A stretch of DNA of 63,329 nucleotides, filler included, from Nitrospirae bacterium MYbin3 (GCA_002753335.1; 15 parts of 15 records of this genome joined end to end with filler, not necessarily neighbours in it), one strand, 5' to 3'. Positions 1-10,618 are shown, counted from the first letter of the whole stretch. Notes: generated by a model from the letters alone, not told the origin. Program-made: numbers and translations.

Positions 1-360
1 TTTAAAGGTAAACTGCCTATACTCGGCGTCTGCTTGGGACATCAATCCATAGGCGCGGCTTTTGGCGGCGATATAATAAGGGCACCGAAGATCATGCACG
101 GCAAGACCTCGCTTATCCACCATGACAACAAAACAATTTTTAAGGGGCTGCCCAACCCGTTTGAGGCGACAAGGTACCACTCGCTTATCATAAAAAAAGA
201 GACGATGCCGGACTGTCTTGAGATAAGCGCACAGACAGAAGACGGCGTTATTATGGGCGTCAGGCACAAAGAGTTTCGGGTCGAAGGCGTGCAGTTTCAT
301 CCCGAATCGATACTTACCTCTGCCGGCAAAGATCTGCTCGCAAATTTTTTGAAGCTCTAA
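1..360 (+). CDS. trpG: Anthranilate synthase component II / glutamine amidotransferase (5'-partial)
   Basis: The frame is open from base 1 ([15 protein letters not shown]...ATRYHSL...GVQFHPES), giving the class I GATase Cys-His-Glu motifs; trpD lies downstream. Confidence 0.92.
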   Translation, partial: FKGKLPILGVCLGHQSIGAAFGGDIIRAPKIMHGKTSLIHHDNKTIFKGLPNPFEATRYHSLIIKKETMPDCLEISAQTEDGVIMGVRHKEFRVEGVQFHPESILTSAGKDLLANFLKL

Positions 361-374
361 AAACTTTAAAACGG

Positions 375-1613
375 ATGCAAAAAACATCCTCCGCCAAATT
401 TTACGATATTCATTGCCATGCGATGAATCTGAGCCATCCGAACCTTATCGCCTTTATCAGCAGGACCAAACTTCACAAATATCTTTTCTGGAATTCGGTG
501 CCGCTCGTGAACATGCTGTTTTCGGGTGTTCTCAGCAAAAAACTGAACAGTGTGATGAACCTTCTGTCTGTGATGGAAAATGATATGGGAACGATGTTCC
601 GGATTATGGAAGAGGACCTAAAGCCGATTTGTGATAAAGAAGGCAGGCTTGTTGTGGGCGAATATGTTTATGACCAGATAGTGTTGACCCCGCTTATGAT
701 GGATTTCGGGATTAAGGATTTCAGGCTGGTTCCGGCTATACATTACCGCAAGCCGCCGCGCAAAACTATTGTAGAGCAGGTTGTGGATTTATTCAACGGC
801 ATAAAGGATTATGGAGTACAGCGCGAAAATAGGCTTTTTGAGATTTATCCGTTCTTGGGGCTGAATACGAACAACTACCCTATGTCAGCCGGAGAAGAGG
901 GAACAACACTGCCGGATTTGTTGAACAAATATTTTGGCGGGTTCGAAAAATCGGGAACATCTGAGCGTCCGCAAAAGATTGCGGATGCAATAGGAAGGTT
1001 TGACGGCAATATCGACAACTTGGGCGAATATGCGTTTGCGGGCATAAAGCTTTATCCCCCGCTCGGCTATGACCCGTGGCCCGAGAAAAACACCGCTGCA
1101 TTTGAAAGGGTGAATTTTCTTTACTCTTTTTGTTCGGAAAAGGGAATACCCATCACTACGCATTGCAGCGACGGCGGTTTTATAACCCATCCGCAGGCAG
1201 AAGAATATGCATCGCCTAAACGCTGGCAAAAGGCGCTTGAGAGCTATGGCGAATTGAAAATAAATTTTGCGCATTTAGGCAAACAGGAAAAAATTTTTAG
1301 GGCTAAAAACTGGCGTGACACGGTGCTCGGATTTATGGCAGAGTATCCTAATATTTATGCCGATTTCTCATACTGCGCTTTTGACGCTGAGTTTTACCGG
1401 ACGCTCAGAAAGCTTCTCGACAGCCACAATCGGGCGGACAAAATCAGAGAGAGGCTGCTGTTCGGTTCTGACTTTATGATAAATCTGCTTTCGACCGATT
1501 CTTATGGTCGTTATGTAAAAGTCTTCAGGGATGCGGATGGGTTGACCGGAAAAGAAAAGAATCTTCTTTGCTCGCTGAATCCTGAGCGTTTTGTGTTTGG
1601 CAGCAACAAATAA
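375..1613 (+). CDS. Amidohydrolase superfamily (amidohydro_2-like) metal-dependent hydrolase
   Basis: N-terminal DIHCH (HxH), GIKLYPPLGY, ITTHCS, NFAHLG, YADFSY and LFGSDF motifs. Confidence 0.85.
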   Translation: MQKTSSAKFYDIHCHAMNLSHPNLIAFISRTKLHKYLFWNSVPLVNMLFSGVLSKKLNSVMNLLSVMENDMGTMFRIMEEDLKPICDKEGRLVVGEYVYDQIVLTPLMMDFGIKDFRLVPAIHYRKPPRKTIVEQVVDLFNGIKDYGVQRENRLFEIYPFLGLNTNNYPMSAGEEGTTLPDLLNKYFGGFEKSGTSERPQKIADAIGRFDGNIDNLGEYAFAGIKLYPPLGYDPWPEKNTAAFERVNFLYSFCSEKGIPITTHCSDGGFITHPQAEEYASPKRWQKALESYGELKINFAHLGKQEKIFRAKNWRDTVLGFMAEYPNIYADFSYCAFDAEFYRTLRKLLDSHNRADKIRERLLFGSDFMINLLSTDSYGRYVKVFRDADGLTGKEKNLLCSLNPERFVFGSNK

Positions 1614-1631
1614 TTTTTATGGGAGGCTAAA

Positions 1632-2642
1632 ATGATAAAAGAAGCTATTAATCTTGTAATTCAAAACATAGGTTTGTCCGAGGCTGAGATGGCCGAGACG
1701 ATGAACGAAATAATGGAAGGGAAAGCGACAGACGCTCAGATAGGCTCTTTTCTTACCGCCCTGCGTATCAAAGGCGAAACCATCGAAGAGATTACCGGCG
1801 CGGCAAGGATTATGCGCGACAAAGCCACTAAAATCAAGGCCCCGCAAGGCGTTATAGATACATGCGGCACCGGCGGAGATATGTCAGGCACTTTCAATAT
1901 ATCCACCACCACTGCGCTTGTGGTTGCAGCGGCAGGCGTGCCGGTTGCAAAGCATGGAAACCGTTCGGTTTCGAGCCAATCGGGCAGCGCGGATGTGTTA
2001 GAGGCTCTCGGAGTCAAGATAGACCTTGAACCTCAGAAGGTCGAGCAATGCCTTTTTGAAACCAACTTCGCCTTTTTGTTTGCGCCGCTTTTTCATCCCG
2101 CCATGAAATTTGCAATCGGACCTCGGCGTGAAATAGGCATAAGAACGATATTTAATATCTTGGGGCCGATAACCAATCCTGCAGGCGCGAAACGCCAGAT
2201 GCTTGGCGTGTTCTCGTCCAAACTGACCGAACCGCTTGCATCTGTTTTGGCAAATCTGGGCACAGATGATGCGATGGTTGTGCATGGCGAAGACGGGCTT
2301 GATGAGATTACGCTTTGCAATGCCACAAGAGTGTCGCGCACAAGAAACGGAAAGGTCGAATCTTTCTATATAACACCTGAAGAGTTCGGTTTTTCGATAA
2401 GGGACAGGAAAGAGCTTGCGGGTGGCGACAAGGCAGCCAACGCTGCGATAACCGTGTCGATACTTCAGGGAGAGCAGGGCGCAAAGCGAGAGACGGTGCT
2501 TATGAATGCGGCGGCGGCAATAGTGGTTTCTGGCGTTACTGATGATTTTGTTGTGGCGAGAGATATGGCGGCAGAAGCAATTGATTCAAAGAAGGCGTTC
2601 AACAAGCTCGAAGAGATTAAAAGAGTTTCGAACAAACTATAG
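1632..2642 (+). CDS. trpD: Anthranilate phosphoribosyltransferase
   Basis: IDTCGTGGD, NISTT, KHGNRSVSSQSGSADVLEALG and DGLDE motifs; GGAGG RBS. Confidence 0.97.
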   Translation: MIKEAINLVIQNIGLSEAEMAETMNEIMEGKATDAQIGSFLTALRIKGETIEEITGAARIMRDKATKIKAPQGVIDTCGTGGDMSGTFNISTTTALVVAAAGVPVAKHGNRSVSSQSGSADVLEALGVKIDLEPQKVEQCLFETNFAFLFAPLFHPAMKFAIGPRREIGIRTIFNILGPITNPAGAKRQMLGVFSSKLTEPLASVLANLGTDDAMVVHGEDGLDEITLCNATRVSRTRNGKVESFYITPEEFGFSIRDRKELAGGDKAANAAITVSILQGEQGAKRETVLMNAAAAIVVSGVTDDFVVARDMAAEAIDSKKAFNKLEEIKRVSNKL

Positions 2643-2702
2643 GTTTAGCAATTACAATAAAGAAATTGTATTTTTCGGCATAAAGGTTTCAATTCAGAAT
2701 AA

Positions 2703-3347
2703 CTATTTCTGGTTTGTGTCGAAGTCATCCATTCGTTGCGCCAGATGCCTCCACGAACATATCCTCATGGGTTTGGCTTGCGAATCAAGTTGACCGGACT
2801 TTATGGCGCTTGAACGTGCTGCGTCGTCAGTTATCCCATAGAAAGGGAGCATTATGAAGAATGCCCGGTCGCGATACTTCCGCTTTGGGGTCAATACATC
2901 CTGTCTGCGGGTATAATACGGATCTTCCCCTTCGGCACACGGCTTGTTGAATACATTGAACTGGCGGCAAGCTGCAGGACGTACCGGATGGACAGCGCAG
3001 GCATGCTCAATCAGAAATGGACATTGAGGGCCTTTGGTATGAGACAACAGCTGTTTCTTCAAAGTTTCACGGAGCAACTGTCCAATTTTCTCGATAGCGT
3101 ACCAATATATCCCAACCATTTCGAGGGGATATATCGGGATGTCGTTTTGAGCGCGGCAGCACACATCGCATCCCTTTTGGCATGCAAGTTTTGCCTTTTG
3201 TTTTTTTTCATGCTCTTTCAGCGCATCGACAATCCCCTTGTCTATAACCTCATAGGCATCTAGAAGAAGCGGCAGCCAAGGCAGTTTTTTTTCGTCGTCT
3301 GGAAAACTGAAACGTTGAGAATCTTTTGTTTTTTTCACTCGGGTCAA
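2703..3347 (-). CDS. YkgJ/FliB-like Cys-cluster (zinc/iron-chelating) protein
   Basis: CQKGCDVCC ... CPFL ... CAVHPVRPAACR pattern. Confidence 0.8.
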   Translation of the reverse strand: MTRVKKTKDSQRFSFPDDEKKLPWLPLLLDAYEVIDKGIVDALKEHEKKQKAKLACQKGCDVCCRAQNDIPIYPLEMVGIYWYAIEKIGQLLRETLKKQLLSHTKGPQCPFLIEHACAVHPVRPAACRQFNVFNKPCAEGEDPYYTRRQDVLTPKRKYRDRAFFIMLPFYGITDDAARSSAIKSGQLDSQAKPMRICSWRHLAQRMDDFDTNQK

Positions 3348-3353
3348 CTACGC

Positions 3354-4043
3354 TTAATGTTTATTGTTGTTTTTCCCGCATTCACCGTCAGGCAGTTCTA
3401 TCCCGAGCTTGGCTAGATGTTTCTTCATAATCTCGCATACTTCAGATACGTCATCAACAACATGAAAGAGCGAACAATCATTTTCGCTGATAGCGTCTTC
3501 GGTCACAAGCGTTGATTTCATCCAATCGATCAGGCCTTTCCAGTAATCGCTTCCGAAAAGTATGATCGGGAAGGTGTTTTTTATTTTTCCTGTCTGGACG
3601 AGCGTTAGTGCTTCGAACATTTCATCCATGGTTCCGAAGCCGCCGGGGAAGATAATGTATGCTATGGCGTATTTGATGAACATAAGTTTTCTGACAAAGA
3701 AATATCTGAAGTTTAGGCTGACATCCTGATAATTGTTTTGATGCTGTTCGTGCGGGAGCAGGATGTTCAACCCCACAGATTTGCCTTTGCCCAGTTTTGC
3801 ACCTTTATTTGCGGCCTCCATAATTCCGGGGCCGCCGCCGGTGATTACCGAAAAACCTGTATCGGCAAGCATTTTCCCGACACGCACAGCCTGATGATAA
3901 TAAAAAGAATCCTCTGTCATGCGCGAACCTCCGAAGATGGTTACTGCAGGACCAAGGTCATAAAGGGTTTCGAACCCTTCAACAAGCTCGGACTGAATTC
4001 TGAAAACCCTCCACGTTTCGGACTCCCTCAGATCTTCTATCAT
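3354..4043 (-). CDS. LOG-family (TIGR00730-like) Rossmann-fold nucleotide phosphoribohydrolase
   Basis: TGGGPGIMEAANKGA and PGGFGTMDE motifs. Confidence 0.9.
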   Translation of the reverse strand: MIEDLRESETWRVFRIQSELVEGFETLYDLGPAVTIFGGSRMTEDSFYYHQAVRVGKMLADTGFSVITGGGPGIMEAANKGAKLGKGKSVGLNILLPHEQHQNNYQDVSLNFRYFFVRKLMFIKYAIAYIIFPGGFGTMDEMFEALTLVQTGKIKNTFPIILFGSDYWKGLIDWMKSTLVTEDAISENDCSLFHVVDDVSEVCEIMKKHLAKLGIELPDGECGKNNNKH

Positions 4044-4056
4044 TTATTCCTCCCGC

Positions 4057-5385
4057 TTACAGTAGTGATGCGTCATCGAATTTTATTTCTGAATCTAGCG
4101 TCAGAGCCTTTTGTTTTCTAAGTTCCTCTATTTTCTTAAGCGGTCTTTCAAGCATATTGCTTCTGGTAGTTGCTATGGCGTCGTACTCTTTTTTTGCCGC
4201 ATCAAGCCTCTCGCCCATAGTCTTAAATTTGTCTTTATAAGCGCCCCATTGTTTTGAGAATTCCGAAAGAAGCATTAATATCTCTGATGCTGTCCGTTCG
4301 AGATTGAAATTTTCGATTGCTTGACGAATCACCGCGATTACCGCATAGAGAGTAAAAGGCGAGCAAAGTATGACCTTTTGCTTGAGCGATTCATCCATCA
4401 GGCCCGGGTCGGCCTCATTTATAAAACCGTAGACTTGTTCGTTAGGGATAAAAATTATTACATAATCAACAGTGTTGTCGCCAGGATTTATGTAGTCGCG
4501 GGTTGTGACCTGTTTTATCATAATGCGTGTATTTTTGAGAAGCTCGTCCCGGTAATGTTTCCTGTCGTGGTCGGATTGTGCATTTAAGTAATGCATATAG
4601 TTGTCCAGCGGGAACTTTACGTCCATGTTTATCTTCATGCTGTTTGGCAGCAAGAAAGTATAGTCAGGTCTGCCCGAAGAGCTTTCCATTGTTTTCTGTT
4701 TGATATAGTTGATTCCCTCAATCATGCCGGCGAGGCGGAGAATATCCTCTGCCATACGCTCACCCCATTCTCCGCGCTTTTTGGAACTGGCCAAAGCACG
4801 GCTTAGATGCTCGGTGGTGTCTTTTAGTTTGAAGGTGATATCTTCATGCTTTTTTATCAGGGTTGAGATTTCGGAGAATTTCTCGCCGCTCGTTTTACCG
4901 ACCTCCTCGACCCTTTTCTGCACTTCAGAAAGGGTTTTCCCGATCGCCTCGATATTTTTATCTATAAGCTCTTTTTTGCCCTCAAGCTCTTTTTTGCCCT
5001 CTGATGTCTGTGACTTAAGTTTTTCCTCCGCTAAACGCATATAGTCTTCGGCGTACTTTCTGAACTCATCCGAGTTTTTTGTCAGGGCGTCGTGAGATAG
5101 CGCCTTGAAGGTTTCGCCCAGATTTTTTTCCATAGCTTCGAGCTGCTCCAGATCTTTTTCAAGATTGCTTTTTGCTTCTTCGAGCCTCACCCTCTGCTGT
5201 TTCTCGGACGAAAGCTCAGAGCGGATAAGGTTTAGCTCTGTTTCTTTTGATGAGATTTGCTGTCTGAGTTCTTCAACTCTTGCTTCTGCTGCGCCTGCTC
5301 TGCCTTTCAGACTGAAGACTGCGATGAACCAAGCAGCCAGACCGCCTATTATCAGCCCTGCGGATAGATATATGAGTCCTGTCAC
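4057..5385 (-). CDS. rmuC: DNA recombination protein RmuC
   Basis: N-terminal TM segment, coiled coil, RGEWGE, RPD...DVKFP and FIPNE motifs. Confidence 0.92.
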   Translation of the reverse strand: MTGLIYLSAGLIIGGLAAWFIAVFSLKGRAGAAEARVEELRQQISSKETELNLIRSELSSEKQQRVRLEEAKSNLEKDLEQLEAMEKNLGETFKALSHDALTKNSDEFRKYAEDYMRLAEEKLKSQTSEGKKELEGKKELIDKNIEAIGKTLSEVQKRVEEVGKTSGEKFSEISTLIKKHEDITFKLKDTTEHLSRALASSKKRGEWGERMAEDILRLAGMIEGINYIKQKTMESSSGRPDYTFLLPNSMKINMDVKFPLDNYMHYLNAQSDHDRKHYRDELLKNTRIMIKQVTTRDYINPGDNTVDYVIIFIPNEQVYGFINEADPGLMDESLKQKVILCSPFTLYAVIAVIRQAIENFNLERTASEILMLLSEFSKQWGAYKDKFKTMGERLDAAKKEYDAIATTRSNMLERPLKKIEELRKQKALTLDSEIKFDDASLL

Positions 5386-5765
5386 GAGAGTCTTTCCTGC
5401 TCTTCGGTGAATTCGGTGCGCACAAGCGCAAGTATTGCGGATTGGGGGACTATCAGATATTTCTTGCTTTCAAATTCTATCTCGATGGCCGATTCTCTCA
5501 GGAATATCGCGTAATCGCCTTCGGCAGCCTGCAAAGGTATGTATTTTATCTCACGTTTTTTTGCGCCTGACCAAGGTTCGTCTGTTGCTCCGGAATCGGG
5601 AACAGGATATCCGGGGCCGACTTTAACGACATAGCCTCCCTGCACCTTTTCTTTTTCTCTGACGGTTGGCGGAAGGTAAAGACCTGCATTTGTTTTTTCC
5701 ATCCGCTCATCAAGGTCTATCAGGACTCTGTCGCCGACTATGATTAAATTCTTTTTTGCCTTCAT
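5382..5765 (-). CDS. Co-chaperone GroES-family protein (no adjacent groEL)
   Basis: GDRVLI...TNAGLYLP...GYVVKVGPG...AILA. Confidence 0.85.
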   Translation of the reverse strand: MKAKKNLIIVGDRVLIDLDERMEKTNAGLYLPPTVREKEKVQGGYVVKVGPGYPVPDSGATDEPWSGAKKREIKYIPLQAAEGDYAIFLRESAIEIEFESKKYLIVPQSAILALVRTEFTEEQERLS

Positions 5766-5785
5766 AAGCTTTTATTCTAAAACAT

Positions 5786-7210
5786 TCATGTCAGGTTTAA
5801 CACCATAAGTTTTAGTTCTGTCATTTCTTCAATAGCGTATTTTACACCCTCACGTCCGAAGCCTGACTGTTTTACGCCTCCGTATGGCATGCTGTCTGCC
5901 CGGAAGGAAGGAACATCGTTGATTATCACTCCGCCGGCTTCTATTGATTCGAAGGCTGCGAATGCTTTTTTGATGTTTCTTGTGAAAACACCTGCCTGAA
6001 GACCATAGATGGAATCGTTGATAGCTTCAAGGCCATCTTCAAAACTATCCACCATCGAAACTGTTACAACCGGTGCGAAAGCCTCCATGCAGCATATCTT
6101 CATAAACGGCCGTACATTCACAAGAACTGTTGGCTGATATAAATTGCCGTGCGATTCGCCTCCCGCAACGATCTTTGCGCCCTTTGCTTTTGCCTCGCTA
6201 ATCCATGCATCTATGCGTTTTTTGTTTTCGAGATCTATTATAGGGCCGATGTCTGTATTCTCATTCATCGGGTTGCTTGTTTTGAGTTTTTGGGTAAGGG
6301 CAACGAACTGCTTGAGAAAGTCGTGATAGATATTCTGGTGAAGGAATATTCTTTGAACCGAAATGCAGACCTGCCCTGCGAACGAGAATGCGCCTGTCAG
6401 ACAGCGTTTGACAGCGTAATCGATATCCGTGTCTTCATCAACGTAAACTCCGGCGTTTCCGCCGAGTTCAAGCAATACTTTCTTATAAGGCACCTTGCTT
6501 TTGAGATGCCAGCCAACATGTGCGCTGCCTGTAAAACTGACCACTTTTATCCGTCCGTCAACAACGATATTTTCTGCCAGCTTTGAATCGCACGGCAGCA
6601 CGCTTAAACAGCCATCCGGCAACCCGGCTTCTACTATGGCTTTGCCGAGGAGCAGGGCTGTCAGCGGAGTTTTTGTGGCAGGCTTGATGATAATTGGATT
6701 GCCTGCAGCAAGCGCCGGCGCAACTTTGTGCGCCACAAGGTTCAATGGGAAATTGAAAGGGGTTATTCCGAAAACAGTCCCGCACGGAAAGCGGCGTGTA
6801 AGCCCCCATCGTTTTTCGGTCAGCAGGCTTCTGTCGAGAGGCATAAATTCTCCACCGATTCTGACCGCTTCTTCTGCCGCAATCATGAAGGTCAGGGCGG
6901 CACGTTCAACTTCAATGCGGGATTCTTTTAGCGGCTTTCCTGTTTCGAGAGTTATTGTCTTTGCAAATGCATCTTTCTGCTCCAGGATATTCTCTGCAGT
7001 CGCAGTCAATATCTTTGCTCTGGCATGTGCAGGCATAGAACCAAAGCTTTTAGCCGCCTTATGTGCAGATGCCAGAGCATCTTCTATTTCTTCAGCTCCA
7101 GCTGTACAAACTGATGCGATTGTTTTGCTGTCGAAAGGGTTGGTCACTTTTATGAGTTTTTTTGTCTCGACCCACCTGCCGCCAACAAGAAGATTTTTAT
7201 GTTCTTTCAT
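5786..7210 (-). CDS. NAD(P)-dependent aldehyde dehydrogenase
   Basis: ITPFNFP, FTGS, LELGGN, GQVCIS (catalytic Cys), EAFAP and PYGGVKQSGFGREG motifs. Confidence 0.95.
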   Translation of the reverse strand: MKEHKNLLVGGRWVETKKLIKVTNPFDSKTIASVCTAGAEEIEDALASAHKAAKSFGSMPAHARAKILTATAENILEQKDAFAKTITLETGKPLKESRIEVERAALTFMIAAEEAVRIGGEFMPLDRSLLTEKRWGLTRRFPCGTVFGITPFNFPLNLVAHKVAPALAAGNPIIIKPATKTPLTALLLGKAIVEAGLPDGCLSVLPCDSKLAENIVVDGRIKVVSFTGSAHVGWHLKSKVPYKKVLLELGGNAGVYVDEDTDIDYAVKRCLTGAFSFAGQVCISVQRIFLHQNIYHDFLKQFVALTQKLKTSNPMNENTDIGPIIDLENKKRIDAWISEAKAKGAKIVAGGESHGNLYQPTVLVNVRPFMKICCMEAFAPVVTVSMVDSFEDGLEAINDSIYGLQAGVFTRNIKKAFAAFESIEAGGVIINDVPSFRADSMPYGGVKQSGFGREGVKYAIEEMTELKLMVLNLT

Positions 7211-7342
7211 CGGGACACCCCTTTAAGATTTTGGCTTTATTATATCCAACACAGAATATAAATCGTATGGACTTTTTAAGTTTTCAAACATATAATTGAA
7301 ATGTAAGGAAATATTCTGTGTCCATCTGAAGGGGGGCTAATC

Positions 7343-7536
7343 GTGAACTCAAAGGCTATGCGAAGAAATTTATTTGTTTTGATTCTCCATATCGCCTTTT
7401 TATATTCAACCACGATAGGCCCGTTATTTGCGGAAGAGCGCGCAGAATTTCCTTTGATGCAGGTTGGGGACAAGTATACCGCTACAGACAAGTACCGAAC
7501 ATGGACATGGGAAGTAAAACAGGTAAAGGATGACAA
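7343..7536 (+). CDS. Exported hypothetical protein (3'-truncated by contig end)
   Basis: Signal-peptide-like N-terminus; G-rich RBS upstream; the frame runs into the linker. Confidence 0.45.
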
Positions 7537-7636
7537 NNNNNNNNNNNNNNNNNNNNNNNNNNNNNNNNNNNNNNNNNNNNTTAATTAATTAANNNNNNNN
7601 NNNNNNNNNNNNNNNNNNNNNNNNNNNNNNNNNNNN
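7537..7636. other. Artificial contig linker (N44-TTAATTAATTAA-N44), first of 14
   Basis: The same 100-nt linker also occurs at 14442, 21173, 27524, 32101, 35735, 39332, 42676, 45933, 49026, 52060, 54989, 57820 and 60597; it puts stop codons in all six frames. Confidence 0.99.
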
Positions 7637-9715
7637 AGTGTCATCGGCATCGCCATACAGTGTGTCATTACCCGCTCCGCCGTCTATGAAATCATTTTTT
7701 CCTTCACCGATTACAGTATCATCCCCATCTCCCGCATATACTTCATCGTCGCCGCCGCCCGCATACACATAGTCGCTACCTGTGCCTGCATAGATTGTGT
7801 CATCACCTTTGAAGGTGCCTTTTTCATAGATCATTTCGTTCAGGCTGACTCCGCTCGGTGACAGCGCGGCTGTCCAGTTGCGATTAGCTCCCCAACTGTT
7901 GTCGTCTCCAAAGATTACGTCTCCTCCGCCACCGCCTATTAGAATGTCGTGTCCGCTGCCCCCGAACAAAGCATCGTTGCCATTTGAGCCTGCTATCTGG
8001 TCGTTACCGTCTATACCCGATACGAAATCTCCCTTTGCTCCTGTGCCCTGCGCAAGCTCTCCGTCAGCTATAAGTGTGTCTATTTCTCCGTAGTTTTCGC
8101 CGAACAGTCTGCTGTCGTCACTGCCGCCCATGATTACGTCGGTTCCTGTGTTTCCTTCGACTATGCCTGATGTGGTTGTTATCGCATCGCTGCCATCCCC
8201 GCCAAACAACCAATCGCTGCCACCATTCAGTCCGCCTATGATGTCGTCGTCTCCAAATCCGCCTTCGATTCTGTCGTTGACTGCAGTGTCTGCAATGCTG
8301 TCATTAAGATTCTGAGGGTCTTGATCGCCGATGATGGTGTTGTTGGTTGTTACTTCGGCTGGTTTGTCCAGCAGGCGGATGCCGAAGTCGCGGGGTTGAA
8401 AGTCTTTGTTGAGCACTGCTACCTTTGCGCCGGTTACCGCATCGTATATGACTAAATCCGTGCCTTCTATTGTTGCTTTGATTTTGCCTTCAGGGTTTTT
8501 ATAAGAGCCGTCGGCTTGTTTGATGAGAAGCCCTATTTCTTTGCCGTTGACTACGACTGTATTGCTGCCTTCTTTGTCTTCTATGGTATCTGTGCCGTCT
8601 CCGGTATTGATGTGATAGGTGTCGTTGCCGGCCCCGCCTTCAATATAGTCGTCTCCCTGTCCTCCGGTTATTTGGTCGTTGCCAATGCCGCCATAAATGA
8701 CATCGTTGCCTAACCCACCATCAATCTTATTAAGCCCCTTTACTCCAAAGAGCAGATCGTTTTTGTCTGTACCGAATATATAATCGGCAAAAGATTGCTC
8801 TTTATAAGCATAGGTGTCTAATCCTGCCCCTACATAAACTTGACCATCTATGGACTTGCCGATGTTTGTGGCGAAATTGGCGATGAGGTAGTCTTTGGCG
8901 TCTTTAAGTATATCCGCATAACCAGCGTTTGTCGGCGGGTATTTGGTTTCATACCTCTCAATTTCGTCTTGGTGCGTTGTATACATCCGCATTATCTCTT
9001 TGGCCTGCACAGTTTGCTGTTCTGAAGTCAGTGTTCCATTATCATAAAGACCGAATAAATTAGCCTCCCTGTATCTGCGTTTGGCATGAATGCCTTGAGC
9101 ATTTGAAGCGTATCGTATCTGAAACCATGCCTCGGCGCGGTTGTCATTGATGATTGCTTGTCTAAGATTTCTATTGTTAGCGACTATGCCTTCGCCGTTG
9201 TAATATAAAGACATTACAGCAATATATTCTTTCGAGTTGTGATCAAGACTGCCCGAAAGCAATGCGTCAAGCCTTGGCTGTTTGCCGGGAACAGAAATGC
9301 TGCCAACCGTTGTGCCATCTATGATTTCACGGAAAGTGATGTAACCTTGTGTCGTGTTTAGCCGAAATGAAGTAACCCCATACTGGTTGGCGACTTGATT
9401 CAGATTTGTTCTTAGCTGTGCGTTTATTTCGTCTATATTGCCAACATACGGCGTATTATTTATTGCGGTTGTAAAGGCATTTCTTATTGCATTGATTTTA
9501 GATGTCGTCATTGTATTATTCACGATGCCCATCTGCCTAAGCACAAGCAGTAAATAGTCTGTAACCTCAATGTTAAATCCATAACCTATAGTCGCTCGTG
9601 GCGGATTTGCGGTATCAAAATACGGTTCGCCGTTTCTAAATCCCTCTTCAATTCCCAGAAACCTGAATAACTCCGCAAGGTAATCCCCTATCTTATGTAA
9701 TGTCTCTGTTCTCAT
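7637..9715 (-). CDS. RTX Ca-binding secreted protein with N-terminal GH24/phage-lysozyme-like domain (3'-truncated)
   Basis: N-terminus EEG...PYFD...ATIGYGFN and later AKRRYREANLF resemble GH24 lysozymes; these are followed by many GGxGxDxIxG nonapeptide repeats. Confidence 0.75.
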
Positions 9716-9726
9716 AATAGCCCTCT

Positions 9727-10452
9727 TTATTGGGAAATATATTTATACTGGCAAATCTCAGTTGCCGTTTGGTTTGATATTTTGTAGACGGTTAATGTCC
9801 AATCATATGCGTTCCATTTATCAAAATATATTGAACCCTTGTAAGCAAATACATCATAAAGCCTGTAAATACTTTCTATTGCTTTGCTTTTAATATCGAC
9901 ATTTAGCCTATATATATTCTGCAATAACAGCTCTGTCTTTCGAACATGCATTAGTCTTTTCTTTTCATCAAGAACAAACAGCGATCGAGAATAAGGAATG
10001 TTATATGATCTGTTCCTCTCAACATCACATCGGGGTTCTCTATAAAGCATAACTACTTCTGATTTGCCATTATTGTTGATATCTACTATGGTTTTCTTTA
10101 ATGAATCATATTTCAGAATACGATTAAAATATTCTTCAAATTCTTCATCATCGTCAACTATTTTTAATTTGCCAAATTGGTCGCCAACTCCAAAAAACTT
10201 ATGTATCTTCTTAACCAATTCCTTATTCTCCCTCAAATCCAACTCCTCCCATTTCGGTCTTGTAATACCATTTATTTCCGGATAGGTCTCATCGCGTTGA
10301 CATACCATTTCATTTAATCCAAGCTCTTCTAGATTTCTTAAATGTGCTTCGCATACAGGAACACCTCTGCCTTTAACCAAGACAAGTTCGTCTGCAAAAA
10401 CTAACAATGGCAATAAAATTAAAATCAAAACTAAAATCAATTTTCTCTTCAT
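9727..10452 (-). CDS. Exported hypothetical protein, candidate immunity protein for the adjacent lysozyme-RTX toxin
   Basis: Sec-type signal peptide (MKRKLILVLILILLPLLVFA), four Cys, AT-rich, GAGGAGG RBS, ends 11 bp upstream of the toxin start. Confidence 0.6.
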   Translation of the reverse strand: MKRKLILVLILILLPLLVFADELVLVKGRGVPVCEAHLRNLEELGLNEMVCQRDETYPEINGITRPKWEELDLRENKELVKKIHKFFGVGDQFGKLKIVDDDEEFEEYFNRILKYDSLKKTIVDINNNGKSEVVMLYREPRCDVERNRSYNIPYSRSLFVLDEKKRLMHVRKTELLLQNIYRLNVDIKSKAIESIYRLYDVFAYKGSIYFDKWNAYDWTLTVYKISNQTATEICQYKYISQ

Positions 10453-10618
10453 GCCGCCCTCCTCAAAATTGTTCTATATATCCAGTTGTCATATCCGTGC
10501 TCTGCAATCGGCACTACAGAGGGGTCATTGTCTCCGCCTAAAACGTCGTTGCCGTCCCCTCCTGCGCCCACAAGCAGATCCCCGCCGTCGCTGCCCATTA
10601 TCACATCGCTACCCTGAC
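10449..10618 (-). pseudogene. RTX-repeat remnant, out of frame with the hlyB fragment
   Basis: Manual translation gives SQGSDVIMGSDGGDLLVGAGGDGNDVLGGDNDPSVVPIAEHGYDNWIYRTILRRAA*; the stop overlaps the ATG at 10452. Confidence 0.55.

Noticed and set aside
3354..4043. LOG protein as part of a SLOG/nucleotide-signalling defence system
   Set aside because: Classical housekeeping-type LOG in an operon with rmuC and ALDH; no TIR, SLATT or cyclase partners.
6495..7226. 243-aa + strand ORF
   Set aside because: Lies antisense to the clear aldehyde dehydrogenase and has no recognisable motifs.
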